From positions 1 through 50,138 of the forward strand of contig CAIVXR010000228.1 in NCBI GenBank assembly GCA_903909925.1: DNA of 50,138 nucleotides. The letters are read 5' to 3'. This stretch comes from an uncultured beta proteobacterium. Lineage in GTDB: Bacteria > Pseudomonadota > Gammaproteobacteria > Burkholderiales > Burkholderiaceae. The translations under genes and the position numbers were made by a program. Positions within the stretch are counted from its first letter, which is position 1; each line of letters begins with the position of its first letter. Of this stretch, positions 42,226-50,138 are shown in pieces. The notes below the pieces were generated by a model. That model did not search any database and was not told the origin of the DNA. It saw only the letters and a list, made by a program, of their open reading frames with translations.

Positions 42226-42937
42226 GATGACTGGCTTTTTTGTAACAGGTACGGATACTGAGGTTGGTAAAACTCTAGTGAGCGGCGCGCTGATCCTCAA
42301 GTTACGCGAACAAGGAAAGCAAGCTATAGGTTTTAAACCTGTTGTTGCTGGAACATATCAAAGCGCAAATGGAGAACTCTTAAATGAAGATTTAGAAACC
42401 TTACGTATTGCTTCTGGGCTAGCGCCAGGTCAAATGAATTTATCTTCTTACGTCCTAGACATGCCTGTAGCACCCCATCTGGCTGCAGCAAGTAAAGGAA
42501 TTGTTTTGCAGCTGGGCACCATCATGCAAGCGCTACTCGAAACTCAAAAACACAGTGATTACTTAGTCATTGAGGGTGCTGGTGGATTATTGATTCCCTT
42601 AAATGATCATGAAAATTTAGGTGATCTCGTGCAGCAAATTAGTTTGCCAGTGATCTTGGTGGTAGGCATGAAGTTAGGCTGTATCAATCACGCTCTGCTT
42701 ACCCAGGAAGCTATCAAAGCGCGTGGCTTAAAAATTGCAGGCTGGGTTGCAAACTCCCTAGCAAATGAAATGCCTCTGTTACAAGAAAATGTTGCTACCT
42801 TGCAGACAAAAATCAATGCACCCTTTTTGGGGCTCATCCCCTCCCTACCTAAAGCGCTTCAGAAATCTCATAACAGCCCCTATTCAATTGAAGCACTCAG
42901 TTTTGCTGCGCAGCACATGCAAATAGCGATCAACTAA
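42218..42937 (+). CDS. bioD: Dethiobiotin synthetase
   Basis: FVTGTDTEVGKT, FKPV.AG, IEGAGG, LGCINHALLT. Confidence 0.97.
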   Translation: MTKMTGFFVTGTDTEVGKTLVSGALILKLREQGKQAIGFKPVVAGTYQSANGELLNEDLETLRIASGLAPGQMNLSSYVLDMPVAPHLAAASKGIVLQLGTIMQALLETQKHSDYLVIEGAGGLLIPLNDHENLGDLVQQISLPVILVVGMKLGCINHALLTQEAIKARGLKIAGWVANSLANEMPLLQENVATLQTKINAPFLGLIPSLPKALQKSHNSPYSIEALSFAAQHMQIAIN

Positions 42938-42994
42938 AGCCCCTAAAACATGCCCCAAGGTGCAACCGGTGGGACTTTCAGATAAGATGAAGGC

Positions 42995-44191
42995 ATGCAT
43001 TTACTCCCTGAAATCCTTGATTCTGCAAAAACTATTCAAGATATTCGTCGCAATATTCATGCTCATCCTGAATTGCGCTTTGAAGAAAACCGCACGTCTG
43101 ATTTAGTTGCAGAAGCCCTCTCAAGTTGGGGTATTACGGTCTATCGAGGTATGGGTAAAACAGGCGTTGTTGGTCGTCTCGATGGCGATTTAGGTCCTGG
43201 AAAAATGATTGGCTTGCGGGCTGATATGGATGCACTCCCGTTACAAGAGCACAATAATTTTGAGCATAGCTCCCGTAATCCTGGAAAGATGCATGCCTGC
43301 GGTCACGATGGTCACACTGCAATGCTTTTGGGAGCTGCGCAATATCTATCAAATCATCGTGACTTCAAAGGTACTGTGATATTTATTTTCCAACCCGCTG
43401 AAGAAGGCGGTGCTGGCGCACATGAAATGATTAAAGACGGGCTCTTCAAAGAATTTCCTTGTGATGCTGTTTTTGGATTGCACAACTGGCCGGGCTTAGA
43501 AGAAGGTCACTTTGGTGTTACTTCTGGCCCGATGATGGCTTCAAGCAATACTTTTGAAATCACCATCACTGGCAAAGGTGCTCATGCTGCCTTGCCTCAT
43601 AACGGCGCTGATCCTGTTCTCACTGGAGCGCAAGTAGTGTTGGCACTGCAAAGCATCATTACTCGCAATAAGCGCCCCATTGATGCAGCCGTTCTCTCGG
43701 TCACGCAGTTTCATGCGGGGGAAACAAGTAATGTCATTCCTGACAGTGCATTTATTGGCGGTACCGTCAGAACATTTACCTTAGAGGTGCTAGATTTAAT
43801 GGAGCAACGTCTTCGTGAAATTTCGCATAGTGTGGCAAGTGCATTTGATTGCAAAGCAGAAGTGGCTTTCTCCAGAAACTACCCGCCACTCATTAATCAT
43901 GCTGCGCAAGTTCACTTTGCCAGTGAGGTAATGAGTGAATTAGTTGGCAAACAAAATGTGAATACCAATATTGATCCCACAATGGGTGCGGAAGATTTTG
44001 CTTTTATGTTGCTTGAGAAACCTGGCTGCTATGTGTTTCTTGGTAACGGGGATGGAGATCACCGCTCCGTAGGTCATGGCATGGGCCCATGCCATCTTCA
44101 CAATCCCTCTTATGACTTCAATGATACACTGATTCCAGTGGGCGTGAGCTACTGGGTAAAGCTAGCACAACGCTATCTAGAGAAAAACTAA
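42995..44191 (+). CDS. M20D family amidohydrolase (hippurate hydrolase-like)
   Basis: RR.IHAHPEL.FEE, LRADMDAL, MHACGHDGH, FQPAEEG, EDF.F, LH.P.YDFND. Confidence 0.93.
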   Translation: MHLLPEILDSAKTIQDIRRNIHAHPELRFEENRTSDLVAEALSSWGITVYRGMGKTGVVGRLDGDLGPGKMIGLRADMDALPLQEHNNFEHSSRNPGKMHACGHDGHTAMLLGAAQYLSNHRDFKGTVIFIFQPAEEGGAGAHEMIKDGLFKEFPCDAVFGLHNWPGLEEGHFGVTSGPMMASSNTFEITITGKGAHAALPHNGADPVLTGAQVVLALQSIITRNKRPIDAAVLSVTQFHAGETSNVIPDSAFIGGTVRTFTLEVLDLMEQRLREISHSVASAFDCKAEVAFSRNYPPLINHAAQVHFASEVMSELVGKQNVNTNIDPTMGAEDFAFMLLEKPGCYVFLGNGDGDHRSVGHGMGPCHLHNPSYDFNDTLIPVGVSYWVKLAQRYLEKN

Positions 44192-44213
44192 ATCTTCTTG
44201 TAACTCAAATCTC

Positions 44214-44990
44214 TTAAGAGTTTGTGAATTTAGCGGGACGTTTTTCCATAAATGCAGCCATTCCTTCTTTTTGATCGCTTGTTCCAAAGCAAGTATGAAA
44301 CAAACGACGTTCAAAATGAATCCCCTGTGAGAGCGTCGTTTCATAAGCTGAATTGACCGCCTCTTTGACCATCATTGCTGTTAGTAGCGGCATATCAGCA
44401 ATCTCTTTTGCAATTGCTTTTACTTCTTTCAATAAATCTGCTTTTGGAAAGACTCGGGATACTAAGCCAGAGCGCTCAGCCTCTGCAGCATCCATCATTC
44501 TTCCAGTTAAAGCTAAATCCATCGCCTTAGCCTTAGAAACTGCACGTGGCAAACGTTGCGTACCGCCAGCCCCCGGGATGATTCCTAATTTAATTTCTGG
44601 TTGTGCAAACTTGGCATTATCTGCAGCCATGATGGTGTCACACATCATGGCTAGCTCACATCCACCTCCAAGTGCATAGCCCGATACTGCAGCAATCACA
44701 GGCTTACGAACTTTTTGCATATGCTCCCAATTACGAGAAATAAAATTATGGCGATACACATCTTGTAAATTACGCTTCGCCATTGAGGCAATATCGGCGC
44801 CGGCAGCAAATGCCTTCTCGCTACCTGTGACAATGATGCAACCAATGTTGTCATCTGCATCAAATGCTAGTAGTGCCTCACCCAACTCATCCATGAGTTG
44901 GTCATTTAGCGCATTGAGAACCTCAGGGCGATTTAAGGTAATAGTGGCAACTTTGCCATCTACTTCAGTCAAAATTGTTTTATAGCTCAT
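44214..44990 (-). CDS. Enoyl-CoA hydratase (EchA8/PaaF-like)
   Basis: [36 protein letters not shown]; start MSYKT at 44990 preferred. Confidence 0.93.
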   Translation of the reverse strand: MSYKTILTEVDGKVATITLNRPEVLNALNDQLMDELGEALLAFDADDNIGCIIVTGSEKAFAAGADIASMAKRNLQDVYRHNFISRNWEHMQKVRKPVIAAVSGYALGGGCELAMMCDTIMAADNAKFAQPEIKLGIIPGAGGTQRLPRAVSKAKAMDLALTGRMMDAAEAERSGLVSRVFPKADLLKEVKAIAKEIADMPLLTAMMVKEAVNSAYETTLSQGIHFERRLFHTCFGTSDQKEGMAAFMEKRPAKFTNS

Positions 44991-45017
44991 CAATTTCTTT
45001 CTCTCTATATCTATCAA

Positions 45018-46151
45018 TTAACGTGGTAACAATAACCACATCTTGCCATTTTGTTTCATACGCCCTGCAATTTCTCCCGCAGCATCACCCGAACCCCAGT
45101 AATAATCAGCCCTGACGCCACCTATAATTGCTTTCCCGGTATCTTGCGCCATCACGAGCTTTTGTATTGTTTGACCACTCAAAGCCCTAGTGGTAGATAA
45201 AAATACGGGGGCTCCTAACGGCAATGCTTGTAAATCAACTGCAATACTACGCTCGGCAGTCAGCGGTACCCCAAGAGCACCATCAGGCCCTAAATCAGCA
45301 TCTACATTGCTTGGCAATTCTTTAAAAAACACAAACCGTGGATTAGCATTGAGCATGGTGTTGACGCGATCTGGATTGCGCTTTGCCCACTGAGAAATTC
45401 CTTGCATGGTTGCTTCGCTGCGAGTGATATCTTTGTGATCTAACAACCACTGCGCAAAAGATTTGAATGGTTGATCATTAGTACCAGCAAATCCAAGACG
45501 AAGAATACGACCATCTTCAAGGCGAATTTTTCCGGAGCCTTGTATTTGCATAAATGCAGCTGCAACTGGGTCTTGCACCCAAGCAATTTCTGAGCCCTGT
45601 AACATTCCCGAACTCATTAACTCAGCGCGCGTAGGGGCTGGACTGGGCTTAGTTCTGCGCCATGCCTTGGGATAAGCATAGAGGGCAACGTTATAGATAC
45701 TCGTTCGACTTAGAGAACCATTCATCACTGGTTCGTAATAACCAGTGATGAGACCTATATCGCTTCCAGCACTATTTCGAATTTCATATGCCTGAAAATT
45801 ATTTTCAAAATATTGTCGTACTGCTTGCTTATCTCGACTGGATATACCTGCTGCCTGAGCACAAACTGAACGCCAATTAATTTCACTACTACGTTTTCTA
45901 AGAGCGTCACAGCTTTTGAGCCAAGCTGACCATGCTTGTGTCAAATCATCTTCACCCCAGCCTTGTAAAGCTTGCCAAGATACAGCAGTAAAATTAGCTA
46001 TTGGTGAGTTATATGGTGAGGTGCTTGCATTTAAAGTAAAGCTTGGACGATTTCCAGATCCACGTGTCGGGGGGGTTGAGCAGCCAACAATTAAGCTTGG
46101 AAGCAGAATTGCGAATACACTTACTTGAGATAATTTAAATTTAGAAATCAT
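45018..46151 (-). CDS. mltA: Membrane-bound lytic murein transglycosylase A
   Basis: Lipobox LIVGC, TGYYEP, QIQGSG, SIAVD, AQDTG.AI.G.VRAD.YWG.G (3D domain). Start at 46151 gives a proper signal peptide. Confidence 0.93.
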   Translation of the reverse strand: MISKFKLSQVSVFAILLPSLIVGCSTPPTRGSGNRPSFTLNASTSPYNSPIANFTAVSWQALQGWGEDDLTQAWSAWLKSCDALRKRSSEINWRSVCAQAAGISSRDKQAVRQYFENNFQAYEIRNSAGSDIGLITGYYEPVMNGSLSRTSIYNVALYAYPKAWRRTKPSPAPTRAELMSSGMLQGSEIAWVQDPVAAAFMQIQGSGKIRLEDGRILRLGFAGTNDQPFKSFAQWLLDHKDITRSEATMQGISQWAKRNPDRVNTMLNANPRFVFFKELPSNVDADLGPDGALGVPLTAERSIAVDLQALPLGAPVFLSTTRALSGQTIQKLVMAQDTGKAIIGGVRADYYWGSGDAAGEIAGRMKQNGKMWLLLPR

Positions 46152-46263
46152 GATTACCAATTTACTCGATGAATACCCAATGCTGCTCTTTGTAATGGAA
46201 GGCGCTATCGCTTTGGGTCTACTGCTATTTATTGTCCTATGGACGGGCAAAGGGAAAAAATAG
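46150..46263 (+). CDS. 37-aa putative single-pass membrane microprotein
   Basis: Manual translation MITNLLDEYPMLLFVMEGAIALGLLLFIVLWTGKGKK*: acidic N-terminus, ~21-aa hydrophobic stretch, basic C-tail; fills the apaG-mltA gap. Confidence 0.65.
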   Translation: MITNLLDEYPMLLFVMEGAIALGLLLFIVLWTGKGKK

Positions 46264-46279
46264 TTTTAAACGCTTTGCT

Positions 46280-46654
46280 CTAATGCAAGGTTCGGGGCAT
46301 CACCAGGGCAAACTCAGGAATTGGCGCCTGGAAAAACTGAGCCTCCTCAGTAACGCAGAAGTACTCGCCTCTCATGGTCCCTGCTGGCGTGGGCAAAGTA
46401 GCCCAACTGGTGTACTCAAATTGCTCTCCAGCACGCAATAAGGGCTGTTGGCCAACCACCCCTAAACCACGCACTTCCTGAACATCATTGTCTCCATCAG
46501 TAATAAACCAATGGCGGGCAATGAGCTGGATACTGGACGAGCCAGTATTGCGAATGGTGACCGTATAAGCAAAGGCAAATTGGCGATTATCGGGGTCAGA
46601 TTGCTCAGGAAGGTACTGGGCTTTGACCGTAATAGTAATTTCGTGGGGATTCAT
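46280..46654 (-). CDS. apaG: ApaG (Co2+/Mg2+ efflux-associated) protein
   Basis: FAY.VTI.N.G, QLI.RHW.ITD, V.G.GVVG.QP, Y.S...L.TP.G.M.G; start 46654 preferred. Confidence 0.96.
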   Translation of the reverse strand: MNPHEITITVKAQYLPEQSDPDNRQFAFAYTVTIRNTGSSSIQLIARHWFITDGDNDVQEVRGLGVVGQQPLLRAGEQFEYTSWATLPTPAGTMRGEYFCVTEEAQFFQAPIPEFALVMPRTLH

Positions 46655-46703
46655 GCTCGAATTCTGCTCCATCCTAAGGCCAACTGCAAGCTAGAATCTA
46701 GGG

Positions 46704-47429
46704 ATGGAAAGCCAAAAATCAACTGCAAACCGTCAATTTATCATTGCCCCCTCCATTTTGTCGGCTGACTTTGCCTGCCTAGGCAAGGAAGTCCAAGATG
46801 TTCTAGTGGCAGGCGCTGATTGGATTCACTTTGATGTGATGGATAACCACTTCGTTCCCAATCTCACAATTGGCCCACTAGTTTGTGAGGCTATTCGTCC
46901 CCATGCCATGAAAGATGGTAAGCCTGCAATGATCGATGTTCACCTCATGGTGGAACCTGTGGATCGCATCGTGCCCGATTTTGCAAAAGCTGGTGCAAAC
47001 TTAATTAGTTTTCATCCTGAGGCAAGCCCTCACGTAGATCGCACTCTTAATTTAATTCGTGATCAAGGCTGCCAAGCAGGCTTGGTACTAAACCCTGCGA
47101 CACCACTTGATCATTTAGATCACACCCTAGAATTACTCGACTTGGTTCTACTCATGTCAGTTAACCCAGGCTTTGGTGGTCAATCCTTTATTCCAAGCAC
47201 TCTCAAGAAGATTGAACAAGTGCGCGCCCGCTTAGATCGTTACGAAGCTCAATCAGGGCGGCGTATTCGTCTTGAAGTAGATGGTGGAATTAAAGTGGAT
47301 AACATTGCGCAGGTTGCACAAGCCGGTGCAGATACTTTTGTTGCTGGATCAGCGATTTTTGGAAAAGAAAATTACGCTCAAGTAATTGAGGCAATGAGAG
47401 CTGAATTAGGAAAGACTGGAAAATCCTAA
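46704..47429 (+). CDS. rpe: Ribulose-phosphate 3-epimerase
   Basis: [44 protein letters not shown]. Confidence 0.98.
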   Translation: MESQKSTANRQFIIAPSILSADFACLGKEVQDVLVAGADWIHFDVMDNHFVPNLTIGPLVCEAIRPHAMKDGKPAMIDVHLMVEPVDRIVPDFAKAGANLISFHPEASPHVDRTLNLIRDQGCQAGLVLNPATPLDHLDHTLELLDLVLLMSVNPGFGGQSFIPSTLKKIEQVRARLDRYEAQSGRRIRLEVDGGIKVDNIAQVAQAGADTFVAGSAIFGKENYAQVIEAMRAELGKTGKS

Positions 47430-48934
47430 TGCAGCGCGAAGAATTTAATGCCCTAGCCAAGCAGGGTTTCAATCGCATTCCTCTTGTTAAAGAGGTTTTG
47501 GCTGATTTAGAAACCCCGCTCTCGCTCTATGTCAAACTCAGTCAAGCTTTTGGTGAGAAAAATACCTATCTACTGGAGTCTGTTTTAGGTGGAGAGCGTT
47601 TTGGCCGCTTCTCTTTTATTGGTCTGCCAGCCAAGACGATTATCAGAACGGTTGGCACCCCTTCTGCACCAGTAAATGAAGTGCTTACTGATGGCAAAGT
47701 AGTAGAAACTAATAGTGATAATCCATTGGATTTTGTTGATAGCTATTTCAAACGTTTTAAGGTTGCAGTTCAACCAGGTCTACCGCGTTTTTGTGGCGGT
47801 CTTGCTGGCTACTTTGGTTATGACACTGTTCGCTATATTGAGTCGCGTTTAGCCAAGCATCATTTGCCTGACGAACTCGGTCTGCCTGATATTCAACTCA
47901 TGCTAACTGAAGAGTTGGCAGTAATTGATAACGTTGCTGGAAAAATTTACTTCATTGTGTATGCAGACCCAAGCATTGCTAACGGCTTTGAAAAAGCGCA
48001 AGATCGTTTAAAAGAATTACTCACTTGTTTGGGTAAGCCAGCAAATATGCCTGCGTCATTAGCAAGTACGAAAACTGAGTTAATTCGTAAATTTAAGGCT
48101 GCGGATTTTGAAGATGCAGTACGTAAAACCAAAGAATATATTTTGGCGGGCGACTGTATGCAAGTAGTGATTGGTCAACGGATTAGCAAGCCATTTACTG
48201 ACTCGCCTCTTGCGCTTTACAGAGCCCTGCGCTCTCTGAACCCATCACCCTATATGTATTTTTATGACTTTGGTGATATGCAAATTGTGGGCTCATCTCC
48301 AGAAATTCTGGTTCGCCAGGAAAAACGTGCAGCAGAAAAAATTGTGACGATTCGCCCACTTGCCGGAACCCGGCCACGTGGCGCGAACCCAGAGGAAGAT
48401 GAGCGCTTAGCTAAAGAGTTGCTGGCTGACCCTAAAGAAATTGCTGAGCACGTCATGTTGATTGATCTTGCTCGTAATGACGTTGGTAGAATCGCCAAGA
48501 CGGGATCTGTCAAAGTTACCGATTCCATGTCAATTGAAAAATATTCTCATGTGCAGCATATTGTGAGCTCGGTAGAGGGTGATCTTCTAGATAATATGAG
48601 CAATATGGATGTCTTACGCGCAACTTTCCCTGCAGGCACGCTCTCAGGTGCACCTAAAATTCGTGCAATGGAAATTATTGATGAGATGGAAATTGTGAAG
48701 CGCGGAGTTTATGGTGGCGCGGTAGGCTATCTTTCCTTCTCAGGCGATATGGATGTAGCTATCGCTATTCGTACTGGCGTTATACGTGATGGTATGTTGC
48801 ATTCCCAGGCAGGTGCTGGCGTGGTAGCGGACTCAGACCCAACTGCTGAATGGAAAGAAACTGAAGCCAAGGCGCGCGCAGTATTAACAGCCGCAGAATT
48901 AGTGCAAGGAGGACTCGATGCTCCTCATGATTGA
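47429..48934 (+). CDS. trpE: Anthranilate synthase component I
   Basis: [48 protein letters not shown]. Confidence 0.97.
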   Translation: MQREEFNALAKQGFNRIPLVKEVLADLETPLSLYVKLSQAFGEKNTYLLESVLGGERFGRFSFIGLPAKTIIRTVGTPSAPVNEVLTDGKVVETNSDNPLDFVDSYFKRFKVAVQPGLPRFCGGLAGYFGYDTVRYIESRLAKHHLPDELGLPDIQLMLTEELAVIDNVAGKIYFIVYADPSIANGFEKAQDRLKELLTCLGKPANMPASLASTKTELIRKFKAADFEDAVRKTKEYILAGDCMQVVIGQRISKPFTDSPLALYRALRSLNPSPYMYFYDFGDMQIVGSSPEILVRQEKRAAEKIVTIRPLAGTRPRGANPEEDERLAKELLADPKEIAEHVMLIDLARNDVGRIAKTGSVKVTDSMSIEKYSHVQHIVSSVEGDLLDNMSNMDVLRATFPAGTLSGAPKIRAMEIIDEMEIVKRGVYGGAVGYLSFSGDMDVAIAIRTGVIRDGMLHSQAGAGVVADSDPTAEWKETEAKARAVLTAAELVQGGLDAPHD

Positions 48935-49484
48935 TAACTACGATTCTTTTACTTATAACCTCGTGCAATATTTTGCAGAACTAGGTGAAGAGATAAAAGT
49001 ATTTCGAAATGACGAAATTGCAGTGGAAGATATTGCAAAACTGAATCCTGCACGTATTTGCATTTCCCCTGGGCCATGCAGCCCAGGAGAAGCTGGCATC
49101 TCTGTAGAGACTATCAAACGCTATGCTGGCCAGATTCCGATTCTAGGCGTGTGTCTTGGCCATCAAGCGATTGGCGAAGCTTTTGGTGGTAAGGTGATTC
49201 GAGCCCAGAAGGTAATGCACGGCAAGACTGACTCTATTCACCACACGGGTGTGGGTGTATTTAAAAACTTACCAGACCCCTTTAAGGTGACCCGCTATCA
49301 CTCACTAGCTATTGAAAAGAGTTCACTACCTGCCGTACTTGAAGTGACGGCTACATCTTCTGATGGAGAAATCATGGGCGTACGCCATCGTGAACTTGCT
49401 GTACAAGGTGTGCAATTTCATCCTGAATCCATTCTGTCTGAGCATGGTCATGCCCTGCTCAAGAATTTCTTACTTAATAAGTAA
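48918..49484 (+). CDS. trpG: Anthranilate synthase component II (glutamine amidotransferase)
   Basis: [32 protein letters not shown]. Confidence 0.96.
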   Translation: MLLMIDNYDSFTYNLVQYFAELGEEIKVFRNDEIAVEDIAKLNPARICISPGPCSPGEAGISVETIKRYAGQIPILGVCLGHQAIGEAFGGKVIRAQKVMHGKTDSIHHTGVGVFKNLPDPFKVTRYHSLAIEKSSLPAVLEVTATSSDGEIMGVRHRELAVQGVQFHPESILSEHGHALLKNFLLNK

Positions 49485-49492
49485 ATAGCGCT

Positions 49493-50138
49493 ATGCCAAT
49501 CACTCCACAAGAAGCACTGCAACGCTGCATCGAGCATCGCGAACTTTCTCATGATGAAATGACTGCCATGATGCGGCTCATCATGAGTGGTGAAATGTCG
49601 CCTGAGTTAGTCGCAGGACTATTGGTAGCTCTACGTACCAAAAAAGAAACCGTTGGGGAGATTGCTGCTGCCGCAAGAGTCATGCGTGAATTCGCAACTT
49701 CAGTTCATGTAGATGATCGCGCTCACCTAGTTGATGTTGTAGGAACAGGTGGCGATGGCGCGCACACTTTCAATATCTCTACTGCAGCGATGTTTGTAGC
49801 TGCAGCAGCTGGGGCAAAAATCGCCAAGCATGGCAATCGCAGTGTGAGTAGCAAATCTGGTAGTGCTGACGTGCTCGAAGCCTTGGGCGTAAACCTAGGA
49901 TTGTCTGCAGAGCAAGTTGCCAAATGTATTTCTTCAGTGGGCGCTGGCTTTATGTTTGCCCCGAATCATCATCCTGCCATGAAAAACGTTGTGCCGATTC
50001 GAAAACAATTAGGCGTGCGGACTATTTTCAATATCTTGGGGCCGCTGACAAATCCTGCCGATGCTAAACGTATCTTGATGGGTGTTTTTCATCCAGATCT
50101 TGTGGGTATTCAGGCCAGGGTATTGCAAGCCTTAGGTA
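49493..50138 (+). CDS. trpD: Anthranilate phosphoribosyltransferase (5' part, runs off window end)
   Basis: Manual translation [17 protein letters not shown]...[16 protein letters not shown]...[21 protein letters not shown]; not in the ORF track. Confidence 0.97.
   Translation, partial: MPITPQEALQRCIEHRELSHDEMTAMMRLIMSGEMSPELVAGLLVALRTKKETVGEIAAAARVMREFATSVHVDDRAHLVDVVGTGGDGAHTFNISTAAMFVAAAAGAKIAKHGNRSVSSKSGSADVLEALGVNLGLSAEQVAKCISSVGAGFMFAPNHHPAMKNVVPIRKQLGVRTIFNILGPLTNPADAKRILMGVFHPDLVGIQARVLQALG

Noticed and set aside
286-49923. Numerous 60-120 aa antisense or shadow ORFs in the ORF track
   Set aside because: They lie within or opposite confidently assigned genes, as expected from codon bias; no RBS or family motifs.

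Overview
This is a core-genome window from a streamlined Burkholderiaceae betaproteobacterium; gene content, gene order and protein style suggest Polynucleobacter (inference, not a database result). Gene order: rplU (partial), ispB; a six-gene accessory-like block (Cys-type GrdB/PrdB-like protein, FAH-family enzyme, PanE-like reductase, Na+/solute symporter, squalene-synthase-like enzyme, ogt); a CNNM/CorC protein; a miniaturised pilB-pilC-pilD; coaE-zapD; MutT-like Nudix, DUF815 ATPase, argJ, secA, dciA-like, lpxC, peroxiredoxin; the dcw cluster (ftsZ to mraZ); coq7; divergent bioB/bioAFD; M20 amidohydrolase, enoyl-CoA hydratase, mltA, apaG, rpe and trpE-trpG-trpD (partial). I saw no tRNA, rRNA, CRISPR array or mobile element. 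The strongest non-obvious signals are: (1) a ~100-nt nested-stem RNA structure between ftsZ and the peroxiredoxin gene that abuts the peroxiredoxin SD and carries an unpaired anti-SD-like CCCUCC; (2) a near-perfect LexA box upstream of the dcw promoter; (3) a 37-aa membrane microprotein, missed by the ORF track, encoded antisense between apaG and mltA with its start codon overlapping that of mltA; (4) an orphan Cys-type glycine/proline-reductase-B-like gene in an aerobe; (5) parallel N-terminal truncation of PilB, PilC and PilD; (6) recurrent leaderless-type promoters.
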